From: Octopus vulgaris
Lineage: Eukaryota
Assembly (NCBI GenBank): GCA_951406725.2
Contig: OX597836.1
Location: 22,444,001-22,508,000, forward strand
DNA length: 64,000 nucleotides
Direction of reading: 5' to 3'
The position numbers and the translations under genes are program-made. The notes beneath the pieces were generated by a model. The model was not told the origin of the DNA and searched no databases. It worked only from the letters and a program-made list of their open reading frames with translations. Positions 39,501 to 51,940 of this stretch are shown one piece after another (position 1 is the first letter of the stretch; each line of letters begins with the position of its first letter).

Positions 39501-39556
<56 letters not shown>

Positions 39557-39659
39557 TCAAATTGTTTCAGTCAACGTGTTCTGCTTTCATATTTACATGA
39601 GATAAGTGTAGAGTTTTACTAATGCATTTGATATTAACAAGAGTTCGAAACAATTATAT

Positions 39660-41240
39660 ACGGGTTGCTCGGGTTAAATCTGACAATTTTTTATACAGAG
39701 TGCCCGGAATAAATTTGAATATATTTTGTCTTCTTTTCTCAGGAATAGCTTGGTGTATGGGTGAACAGTCAACGGCGCTGGAGAGCATAAAGATAAGTTC
39801 TAGTTGAGAAAAACTTACCCAACATCATGATTTGCTGCTTAATATTCTGTGAGCATTGTAAAGGTTGTACGACATGATATGGACAGCTGCAATGAGGACT
39901 ATGAAGTCATGGCCAGCAGGAAGGGACACAGTAGACATTCTGACGGCATGCGCAAACCAGAGTTCAACGCGACATTCTTGAACAGGGCTTAAATGCTCAA
40001 TTCAGACGGCTATGTAAGGCTGCTGGGTTCTGTGGTCAAACCCTGACATGATAGGATTTGTGCTGACAGAAGGATTCGGCTCCTTGCCATACCTCCAGAA
40101 ACAGTCAGAAGTGTTTGTCGGAGAACTTCTACAACCTCACCAGCATCAGTTTCTTATTTCTTCATTACCCTCAAGGGGCTAAACACAGAGGGGACAAACA
40201 AGGACAGACAAACGGATTAAGTCGATTATAGCGACTGCAGTGCGCAACTGGTACTTATTTAATCGACCCCGAAAGGATAAAGGCAAAGTCGACCTCGGCG
40301 GAATTTGAACTCACAACGTAGCGGTAGACGAAATATCTGTTTCTTTATTGCCCACAAGGGGTTAAACACAGAAGGGACAAACATGGGCAGACAAACGGAT
40401 TAAGTCGATTACTGTGCGTAACTGGTACTTAATTTATCGACCCCGGTGCGAAACTGGTACTTAATTTATCAACCCCGAAAGGATGAAAGGCAAAGTCGAC
40501 CTCGGCGGAATTTGAACTCAGAACGTAACGGCAGACGAAATACCAATTTCTTTATTACCCACAAGGGGCTAAACACAGAGAGGACAAACAAGGACAGACA
40601 AACGGATTAAGTCGTTACATCGACCCCAGTGCGTAACTGGTACTTATTTAATCGACCCCGAAAGGATGAAAGGTAAAGTCGACCTCGGCGGAATTTGAAC
40701 CCAGAACGTAGCGGCAGACGAAATATCGTTAAGCATTTCGCCCGGCGAGTTAACGTTTCTGCCAGCTCAGCAGCATCGGTTTCTAACCTCTTAACCCCCC
40801 CCCCCCACCCGATTGTAATCCCATGGTTTGCTGTTGTGTGGGGCTCGGTTAAGAAAAAACACCAACCGCTCTTCCTGCAACACCAAGATCAACTGGTCGC
40901 CAAGATCAAGGGTGGTGTAGGAAGATCCTCTCAGGGACAAAGTGAGGAATGCTTGTGCCAGGTTCTGATGCTGTCTTCAGGCCGTGGTGGGTAGTTGAGG
41001 GCGGCCAGTTTGAGCAAATTGATATTTCCCAGATATAATCAAGTTGATATTTACTCTTTACTCTTTTTACTTGTTTCAGTCATTTGACTGCGGCCATGCT
41101 GGAGCACCGCCTTTAGCCGAGCAAATCGACCCCGGGACTTATTCTATCGGTCTCTTTTGCCGAACCGCTAAGTGACGGGGACGTAAACACACCAGCATCG
41201 GTTGTCAAGCAATGCTAGGGGGACAAACACAGACACACAA

Positions 41241-41287
<47 letters not shown>

Positions 41288-41540
41288 TACGACAGGCTTC
41301 TTTCAGTTTCCGTCTACCAAATCCACTCACAAGGCATTGGTCGGCCCGGGACTATAGCAGAAGACACTTGCCCAAGATGTCACGCAGTGGGACTGAACCC
41401 GGAACCATGTGGTTGGTTAGCAAGCTACTTACCACACAGCCACTCCTGCGCCTATATTGTAAAAAATACTTTTATATCTGAATGGAATATTGTCTTCTTT
41501 TCCTTTCATACAAACTGTCAAATTTATCCCGAACACCCTA
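39660..41540 (+). mobile_element. Tc1/mariner-superfamily element relic with nested SINE trimer (40155-40770) and family A SINE (41052-41452)
   Basis: 5' TIR-like cgggttgctcgggttaaatctgaca, 3' tgtcaaatttatcccgaacaccc; DSAPCHTSR...LSENFY transposase remnants; homologous to 43464-44404. Confidence 0.75.
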
Positions 41541-41621
41541 GATACAAACGCGCGCGCGCGAGCGTAATTACAACGAGCATGTAATTTGGTGCATGCATAT
41601 AAAAATATACAAGGATGACGT

Positions 41622-41690
<69 letters not shown>

Positions 41691-42756
41691 GAAGCGGCGG
41701 AGGAGGGAGGGGGGAGAGAGAAACTAAAGGGGAAGAGGAAGAAGGAACTGTGATGAAAGCGTATTTAAAAGTCGTGATGATGATGATGATGAGGTGATGG
41801 TGATGGCGATGGCGGCTGAGGCAAGGATGGCAAGCAATTGGTGGCGATGGTGGCGACGGTGCTGACTGAAACATGATGGAAACGGTAGAAAGCCAAAAAC
41901 AAACAAAAAAGGGGAACACAATCAGATCAGTTGTGTATTAAAGGAAGGAAAAAAATGGAAGAGGGAGTAAAGAGAGTAAAGGGAGGAACGAAGGGAGGGA
42001 GGGAAGGAGTTCATAACCCCCTCCCCATATTGCATTTGCTCCTCAAGAGAACTGACAGCAATACACGTTTGGTGGTGGTGGCGGCGGTGATGGTGGTGGC
42101 GGCGGTGGTATGGTAGTGATGAGAGGAGGAGGGGGAGGGTAATACTAGGGGGGGGGGGGGAAAGGCAGTTTTAAAGAGGCCACAGCAACAGCAGCTACTA
42201 CTTTCCTTACACCCATCGCTTTACTACAACCGCATCACATTACTTTATTTCAGAAGGAAAACCGAAAGGAGCAAACAACAGTAGTAGTAGCAGCGGCAGC
42301 AGAAGATGAATTAAGGGATCTGCTAGGGGTTGAAGGGTGGGGTGGGGTGGGGGGGTGTTTGTAGCAATGTACATGTAGCAGAATATCACTACTACTACTA
42401 CTGTTAATCATACAACACATGATATATCATATGTGTCCGTACGCAAGTGTATCTATCTATCTAGCTATCTATATCTATATATATAAGCAACAGTGACTCA
42501 AGGAACGAGAGCTTTGTGCGTTAGCACTTAACTAGTTACAGATCGATTTATATATATATATATATATACTAAGCAATTAAGGGTTTAGCAACGAATTGCC
42601 TTACCGCACACCGAATTTAGAAATAGCAGTCAAAGAGATTATAGCTATTTCTTCTACTAAAAGGGAGATCTCAGTAAAAACACAGCATTTGAAAGGCAAA
42701 CACAAACAGGTAAGAGAGAATGAATTAACGGCAATCTATCATACAGTTTTAAGTCA

Positions 42757-42848
42757 CCTACGGACGTACGTTTCGAGATCAAGTCTTAGGAAAGCATAAG
42801 AATTAGATAATTCTACCTTACCCAAACTTCTTCTCTCATCAGCGCAGG
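42757..42848 (-). ncRNA. Type-I hammerhead ribozyme with extended stem II
   Basis: Minus strand: cctgcg-CTGATGA-gaga...tctc-GAAA-c-GTAC-GTC-cgtagg; all core nucleotides canonical, stems I/II/III pair. Confidence 0.85.
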
Positions 42849-42878
42849 ATACAAACAATCATGAATGATTGTATATTG

Positions 42879-42948
<70 letters not shown>

Positions 42949-43417
42949 CAAACACATATAGACAGAGAGGTGTGAAAGTAATGATAAACATAAACACACA
43001 CATGATGCACATACACACACACGCACAATATACATATATATGTGTGTGTGTATGTATACATATATATATATATATAGGTAAAAACGGTAAGATAACAAAA
43101 GAAAGAAAGAGACCTCAATATTATGTAAATAGAGGAAATTTATCTGTAAAATAATGTGACAATTATTCAATAGCCAAGATAAAACTCTGAGTTTCGGATG
43201 CCGAGGTGGAAATCCACAACACCATCTCTTATCTATCTATCTACTTCCATACAGTACTTAGCACTCTACTGTATGGAAATGAAACTTGGACGCTATTCTA
43301 ACATATTCTAACAGTCCCTTTTGCTGAACCGCTAGGTTACAAGGGATATAACCATACCAACATCGGTTGTCAAGCGGTAGTCGTGGACACAGACACATGT
43401 GTGTATACATACATACA

Positions 43418-43448
<31 letters not shown>

Positions 43449-43463
43449 GTACGTACGTGCATA

Positions 43464-44404
43464 CAAGGTGTTCAGGATAAATTTAATGGTTTTTGTCTCC
43501 TTTTCTCAGGAACAGCTTGACGTATTGGTGAACAGTCAACGGCGTTAGGAAGAACAAAGATTAAAATTTGCAACTGAGAAAATGTTAGCTGACATGGAGG
43601 CGTGGAAGCCATCTCAAAAAACCTGGAAAAGAGTTACCTGTATCATGATGATTCATGCCAGGTATTAAAATCCTGACATCATAACTGCTGTCCAATGCTT
43701 TGTGAACATTGTAAAAGCTGAGAGCCGTGATATGGACAGCTGCAACAAAGACTACGAAGCCGTGGTCATCGGGAAGGGACACAAGCATTCTGACCGCGGC
43801 CGCATGCCAGAATTCATCCAACAATTGCAGGATAAAGTGATGGACGACCCGAGCCAGGGAATCAGGTCTTTGGCAAGAGAGACGGGTGCTGGAGTCGCTA
43901 CACTAAAGCTGGCCCTGTATAAAGACATTCGCTGCCTCGTACAAGAGACGAACAGGACGAATTTTGATAGCCAAGACCAAGGAGAACCGCTTGACGAAGG
44001 CAATGAAGCTCCTGAACAAGCCGAGGCATCCTGCTGAGTCGGAGTTGATTTAGTTCTTCTCGGATGTAAAGAACTTCGGCTAGGACCAGTTGCACAACAC
44101 ACACAACAACAGGTCACTTGCCTGCAATCCATGTGACTGTCTTCGGATGTGTCTCCGGTGGGGGTGATGTCCTATCGCTCCACATCTTTGAACAGAGCCA
44201 TCGGCTCAATTCAGATGACTATGTAAAGCTGATGGAGACTGTGGTCAATACTTAGCTGGCGAGGGTCACTGCTGGAAGACCATATGTGTGGCAGCAGGAT
44301 TCAGTTTTCTTGTCATACTTCTAGAAAGCGTCACAAATGTTTGTCGGAGAATTTCTACGATCTCACAAGCCCCAGTGCCTGGCCTCCTAATTCCCCCGAC
44401 TGTA
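43464..44404 (+). pseudogene. Tc1/mariner-superfamily transposase relic
   Basis: TA+caaggtgttcaggataaattt TIR-like start; YVWQQDS...HTSRK...LSENFYD...WPPNSPDC motifs. Confidence 0.8.
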
Positions 44405-44885
44405 TACACACACACACACATCCCAGATATATAACATATGAAAGAAACAGAAAATGGAATTCACGCTCGTAAAATCCATTTCTTCTTTCTCTCTCATATG
44501 TTATATACTCGACGGATACGAAGGAATTCTTGAACTAAATCCACTGGTGCTTATATCCATGCTGATGATGACATCCGGCAACTGAAGACAGTGAACGTGC
44601 TTAGACGGCATACCAACAGGTGTAAATCTAAATTTAAAATCATCACTCATCCCATATATATATACATATATATATATAGGGAGAGTTTACGAAAAAAAAC
44701 AGCAAAAGACGAAGACAGGTAGTGTACAAAACAAACAGATGTATTAGTATAACGCTCAGGGATAGAAAAAGTCTTTTACGTTTCGAGCCTACGCTCTTCT
44801 ACAGAAAGGGACACCGAAAACAAGGAGAGAAAAAAAGTGTGTGTAGTGGCTAACGATCTATCACATATATATATATCCCAGCTTA

Positions 44886-46255
44886 CATCAGTAACTCCAT
44901 TTCACCATGCTTGTATGGGTGATCGGATCTTCTCGTAGTCCTTTGTCATCGGTTCTGACAAATTAACCTCTTAGAGATCAGTCCTCACCATTTCACCCTC
45001 ACCAACTCTTCCTTCATCTTCCACCAGTTTCATCCACTTCAAGCGATCGCTGTTTCTTTAAACACACATCACACACCAAACAAACCTAATTCTCTCTCTA
45101 TTCCACACATCACTTTCTTGTTATACCTAGTTTTCCTCTCAACCCATCTGCACTTCGTCGTTCATATACTCTGACACTACACATCCAGTGACAAGTACAA
45201 GATTCTAACCGTCGCAAATCCTCTACATTCGAGAGTTCATTTATATCTAGCTACCCTAAAGCATAACCGTTCGTACACTAGCCACATACCATCTGCCCTT
45301 CATTCGGAGGGAGAAGTCCTTTGTTGCTAGTAGCCATAGTGGCGCCCTTAACTTCCTCTGACTAGTATGCATTCAAAACTGCTTATTAGGTTACCTAGGT
45401 AGCAGACTTGAAGAGAGCCACCCGGATATTTGAGAGAATCTATTTCCTGATCGCCCTTAAAGTCTATTACCCCCTCTGCATTTGCTGCAAATAAACTGTA
45501 CCGTTAACCCGTCTGTTATTTCACTACACAACTTGTTCATTTATTGTTTAACTACTCAGTATACAATGTCTACTAACCCTTTTTTTGCATATTAACCACG
45601 GTCATTTCCTTAAAAGTAACCGGGCCCTCTCTTCTTCCCTACTCACTAAAACTTTGAAGTTTCTCAATCTTAGATATTGCTTCAACAACTGAGATTGCAT
45701 CAGTAAAACTACAACAAATTCAGATGTAAGAACTAAGTTTTCAGCCAAGAGGAAACCCCAGAAATTGTTTGTCTTAAAACTCCTCTACTACAGCCTTTAG
45801 ACTATAATTAACAGAGGAGGTTAAAAACTAAACCTCAATATATCCTCAACTGCACGCTCTGTCACTGAAATCACTGACGACTGTATCCCAGTACATGGCT
45901 TGGACAACCCTCATAAACCATATGTCAAGCCCTACTTTCTCAGTGTGCCCACATTACAGAGAGGAATCTTATCAAAGGCTTTCACAAGGTCAACAGATGT
46001 TAGGTATAGGGGTTTACTCATAGTTAAATCCTTCTGCATGTTATCTCACTAAGACGATTGTTCGGTAGTCTCTCTCTTACTAATTCACACCCAAACTATG
46101 TTCAAACTTATACTCTTCCTAATCAAATGTGAAAGGCACTAAGTTCTAGAATCTGGTCCAACGACTCCATGTCTCCGTAACTACTGCTGGTGGTATTACT
46201 TACCATTTGCCCTTGTGGCAGCTGATGATGATGCTGCTGCAACGGCAGTCGCTGG
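44886..46255 (-). pseudogene. RTE-type LINE reverse transcriptase relic (3' part)
   Basis: Minus-strand KPLYLTSVDLVKAFDKIP (cf. LYLAFVDLEKAFDRVP) and decayed C-terminus; many stops. Confidence 0.7.
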
Positions 46256-46276
46256 ATAAGATATATTCCTAATAGG

Positions 46277-46673
46277 GCGGCGAGCTGGCAGAAACGTTAG
46301 CGCGCCGGACGAAATGCTTAGCGGTATTTCGTCTGTCGTTACGTTCTGAGTTCAAATTCCGCCGGGGTCGACTTTGCCTTTCATCCTTTCGGGGTCGATA
46401 AATTAAGTACCAGTTTCGCACTGGGTCGATATAATCGACTTAATCCCTTTGTCCTCTCTGTTTTTAGCCCCTTGTGGGTAGTAAAGAAAAAGGTATTTCG
46501 TCTGCCGTTACGTTCTGAGTTCAAATTCCGCCGAGGTCGACTTTGCGTTTCATCCTCTCGGGGTCGATAAATAAAGTACCAGTTTCGCACTGGGTCGATA
46601 TAATCGACTTAATCCCTTTGTCTGTCCTTGTTTGTCCCCTCTATGTTTAGCCCCTTGTGGGCAATAAAGAAAT
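46277..46673 (+). mobile_element. Family B SINE dimer
   Basis: Full unit plus 5'-truncated unit joined at 46491/46492; single TSD atatattccta. Confidence 0.9.
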
Positions 46674-46841
46674 ATATATTCCTATTATTTGATTGACCTA
46701 TGTGAAGGAACAGACATTTTAATCATCTCCTTGGTTTACTTCTGATGGAGCAGCTGTTGTCCCGGCTCTCGCACACTTAATTACACTTGCTATCAAATAA
46801 CTGTCCATTACAATCGCTGCTCGTCCCGGCACTGACGCTGA

Positions 46842-47057
46842 GGCGGCGAGCTGGCAGAAACGTTAGCACGCCGGGCGAAATGCGTAGCCGTATTTCGGCT
46901 GCCGTTTACGTTCTGAGTTCAAATTCCGCCGAGGTCGACTTTGCCTTTCATCCTTTCGGGGTCGATAAATTAAGTACCAGTTACGCACTGGGGTCGATAT
47001 AATCGACTTAATCCGTTTGTCTGTCCTTGTTTAACCCCTTGTGGGTAGTAAAGAAAA
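46842..47057 (+). mobile_element. Family B SINE
   Basis: Full-length, CpG intact. Confidence 0.9.
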
Positions 47058-47582
47058 TATATATATATATCTTTTACTCGTTTCAATCATTAGACTGCGG
47101 CCATGCTGAGGCACCACCTAGAACAGCTTTTAGTCGAACGAATAATTATTTTTTGAAGCGTGGTACTTGTTTTATCGGGCTCTTTCTGAGTTAAGAGAAT
47201 GTAAACACACCAATACCGGTTGTCAAGCGGTGGTGGAGAACAACATATACATAAAGACACATGGTTTGATTATATATGTATGTATATATATGTGTATATA
47301 TATACACACACGCGATGGGCTTTTTTCAGTTTACACCAACCAAATCCACTCACAAGACTTTGGTCGGCCCGAGGCTATAGTAGAAGACACTTGCCTATCA
47401 TGTTTTTGGGAAGCAAACTTCTGACCACACAGCCACATACACACACATGTACAGCTATACACATGTTTTGTGTGTCCCCGTTTATCACCCGGCTTGAAAC
47501 CACAATCTGATACTTCGGGTGTCTTTAGTAGAGACCGTTCTGTTCCAAGCATCCAGGTCGTGTTTTCAGGTTGGGGACACCC

Positions 47583-47617
<35 letters not shown>

Positions 47618-48052
47618 CTCCTACTACTACTACTATTCCCAATATTTCTGGAAAGATACATTGACACTGCCCTCCCTCTTGACTAAATTATTAAAATGAA
47701 TCTAACTAGAGGCCGAGATAATCAACTGAATATAAGAAACCAGTAAAAGAATATAAGGATACGTATGTGCGTTCATGAGTATACATACACACATGTATGC
47801 ATAATAACACACACACACATACATACATACATACATACATACACACACGTATGCATAATAACACATACATACATACATAGGAGCCTGGAATTGCGTGGAA
47901 CAAATGAGCAGAGAGTGCTCAATGCATGTAATATAGAGTATATCTGCTTTATTGAAAATGAAGATTTCGCTTTGTATATATATTATGTGTATGTATGTAT
48001 GTATGTATGTAACTATATATATTTAATCCAATTTTGTGCATAAATATATATA

Positions 48053-48280
48053 CTGGGGAGGGTGTTGAAAAGTTCTTGGCTTTGGATTTTTAAAAAAACT
48101 ACAAGAGGATCAGTTAATTATGATTTTATTCAACATATTTCCTCCTTCTCAGATTCAGTTATTGCAGCGGTCCTTCGGCTTTTCTAAGCCCCGTTAAAGA
48201 ACTCGGAAGGTTGGGCCCCCAAACAGGCCTTTCACAACACCCATAAAGCCAGGAACTTTTCAACCCCCCCCCCCCCCTCG
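48053..48280. mobile_element. mariner-type MITE
   Basis: TA-flanked TIRs ggg...ttgaaaagttcttggcttt / aaagccaggaacttttcaaccccc...ctcg. Confidence 0.8.
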
Positions 48281-48397
48281 TAAATACGCGAGCAAGCGGC
48301 AGTTAGTGCGCGTGTGTATCATGTATGCATGCGTATGCGAGCGCATTGATATGGCTGCTTGGCTGCTATGCCCAATGCATCTAAAACCAGAAGAGCC

Positions 48398-48451
<54 letters not shown>

Positions 48452-48452
48452 C

Positions 48453-48515
48453 AGATAACCGAAGAGATGGTGGTGTGGATTTCCACCTCGGCATCCGAAA
48501 CTCAGAGTTTTATCT
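48453..48515 (+). ncRNA. Variant hammerhead-like motif (CCGAAGA core)
   Basis: agataa-CCGAAGA-gatg...catc-c-GAAA-ctcaga-GTT-ttatct; truncated reverse copy at 43172-43230. Confidence 0.55.
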
Positions 48516-49242
48516 AGGCTATTGAATAATTGTCACATATTATTTTACAAATATGCCCCAGCATGACCACAGCTCGTGAGCTGAAACTAGATAAAATAAA
48601 AATAGATAGATATATATATATTTGTGTCTGTTTGTCCTCCCAACCTCGCTTGACAACCGATGCTGGTATGTTTACGTCCCCGTAACTTAGCGGTTGGGTG
48701 AAAGAGACCGATAGAATAAGAAATAGGCTCTGGGGTGGATTTGCTCGACTAAAGGCGGTGCTCCAGTAAGGCCGCAGTCAAATGGCTGAAACAAGTAAAA
48801 GATATATATATATGTGTGTGTGTATGGATCTTTTCATTTTGAAGGCCAGATTTTCCTAGTTAACTAAATATAGGATATATATATATATATATAAAGGTAT
48901 GTGTATCCACACACGCATATACACAGATTGCCTCGTAATAATAATAGCATGAATGAGCCAGAGCGGTGGAGGTGAGCTAACTAATGGAGAGTGACTAAGA
49001 CTGCACTGATGAATGTGAATGTGAGGGTGGAGTGGAGTGGAGGTGTTAAGAAATCGATGGTAGCTGGGGCGGAGAATGGATAGGGAGGGAAGGAAAGCTA
49101 GAAGAACAATATAACGTGCGTGGAGTGGTGGTGGTGCTGACGAGTTCCTTATATATGTACACACATAGTTTATATACAAGCATATCTGAATTCTTTCGGG
49201 CTGTTTCACATTCGTATTTGAACAAGCATGAATATATATATA

Positions 49243-49376
49243 CAGGGTGCCCCCCCCAAAAATGTATACACACCTTAAATAATTGTAAATTTGTTATTCT
49301 TTGTAAGCCTAGTACTTATTCTATCGTTCTCTTTAGACCGAACCACTATGTGTATACATTTTTTGGGGACACCCTG
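49243..49376. mobile_element. 134-bp Tc1/mariner MITE containing a family A SINE fragment
   Basis: TA-flanked TIRs cagggtgccccc...aaaatgtatacaca / tgtgtatacatttt...ggggacaccctg. Confidence 0.85.
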
Positions 49377-49394
49377 TACACACAAATAAATATA

Positions 49395-49464
<70 letters not shown>

Positions 49465-49573
49465 AAAGTAAGATTGGGGTTATGAATGTAACCCACTATG
49501 GGATATCAGTTATCCAACGTGAAATTGTAATATCCGTAAGTTGATGAACGAAATGAATTTGTTTCTCCATTTT

Positions 49574-49611
<38 letters not shown>

Positions 49612-50798
49612 CACAGAGAAACACAAATATATATATATATACACATACGTGTATGTGTGTCTGATGATGGCTTAGCTAGCCGAAATTTCGAAGTTACTGT
49701 CAGCTACATTCTGGTTTAAAAATAAATTTGCACTCTACAAAAGTATAGAATAACCGATGAGATTAATGTAAAAATGTTTTTTTATTATAACTGAACATAA
49801 AAACAAACATCAATGTGTGTGTGTGTATGTACCATATATGTGTTTAATGAAGAAGCTTAGATATGTAAATTATGTTTATAATTAACGTTACATTTACCTA
49901 GATACACATACCTTGCTTAAAACAAACTACAAATTCGGCAAATTGATTATGGAGGTGTATGTATGTATATTACGGGTGGATAAGGCAATGTGCATGAGAG
50001 CGTATATACATATATGTATGTGTTTGATGACATGCAAGTGATGAAGTAATGTGTACGTATACGGGTATGTATGTACATGCGGGTATGAACTTGGGTGTCC
50101 GAGTACAACTGCATGTGTAAGCATTTGTGTGTGTGCGCGTATTTATTCATGTGTGTATGTGTGTGTGTTCGTGTGTATGTGTGTGAATAGTTAAATATAG
50201 ATTAATGTGTATGTATGTTAATGCTATCTTCATAGCAAAAACTGCGTGAAATTCGAGAAAATCTGATTAAGTCTTACAAATAACTGTAAACTGGAGTTGT
50301 GTATATACACAAACACACACACACACGTATATATATATTATGTGTGCGTATTTAATTGAGTGTGTCTACATGTGTGAGTAAATGTTAGTTGTGAATTCGA
50401 GTGAGAGATTAGCACAGTTATGTAAATATATCCTTTAATATACATACAGATTACTTCTTTAGATGTAATGATACATCTTATCTATATATATACATCATAC
50501 ACACCCAACTATATTTACATACTTATACATACACGTATGCTATATATATATAGAGAGAGAGAGACAGACAGACAGAGGGTTATTAATAAGGCGATCAAGA
50601 CCACATTTATACATATATAAACGTAAATATGCACAGTAGATGTATATACGTAGCAAAGCCCTCTACATTTAGCTACCCCCCTCTTTATATTGAAAAATTA
50701 TTCCCCTCCACTCCTTCAAATGTTTGGATGAGCTGTGTATATAACACATATATTAACGATTATGTGTGAATGCATAAATGTGAGTGTGTGTGTGTATG

Positions 50799-50836
<38 letters not shown>

Positions 50837-51940
50837 CATGCCTCTGTGTGTATACACATATACAAAAACCTTCTGTTGCTCACAAAGGGTCAAATAAGCC
50901 TCTCTTAAATTTAAGGAGAAATCGTTTTATTATTATTGTTAGTGCGATAGTTTAGCAGAATGATTAGAGCGTCGGAAAAACGAATGTCTTGTGATATATA
51001 TTCTTGCTCTTGATGTTACGAGTTCAAATACCGCCGAAATCAACTTTGCCTTTCGTAGTGGGGCCGATGATATCAACTAACCTATTCGCCCAAAATTGCT
51101 GGCCTCGTACTTAAATTAGAAAGTTGTTCGATTACATTACACATACATACACACACACACAGAACAACGGTAAGTGTACATACATAGACAAATGTACACA
51201 CACACACACTTCTCAATAACACCAATGCCAAAATACAACTGTATGTATGTATGTAGATATAGTATGTGTATATATGTGTGTATATGCGAGTGTGTATAAA
51301 ACGTAAAGCCCGAAGCAAGATTTTCCAAAAGTTACAATCACATATTTCATTCCCGTTCACCAAAATATTTTAAAATAAAAAGCAAAAAAATAAAAATAAA
51401 CAATAGTAAAGAAAATAAATATCTCTGGTTTCCTGCTTGTCATAACAGACAATTGTTAACCATTACCATCGACACAACCATCGTCAATGCCACCGACAAC
51501 ATCAACACAACTCGTTGTCTTTAACAAACCAACGTGGGAGCCTCTAATACAGTTGCACAACAGGATCACAGCAGCAGCAGTTACAGATCCCTTAAACTAT
51601 CTCCTACTAGTCCAACACCCCCTCACTTCACCTATTCTACAGCTTTTAGAATGTCGGAGGGAGTAGGAGGTGGAACTTGGAGGTTTTCTTGAATTTTTGT
51701 TAAGGTTTCAGGCCACAACAACTTAGAAACGACGAAGTGCACCGCTTAATGAGATCAATAGGTTAGATTATAGCAGCCACATTCAAAAGTTAAAAAGAAA
51801 ACCTTTATATCACATTACATTCCTACAAACAATATACTTCATTCTTTGTAGACTGAAGCAATACATATTTGCTACAACCAGAGGCTGTGTGACCATGCTG
51901 GAGCACCGTCATTGGTATGATATTATTATTATTATTATTA

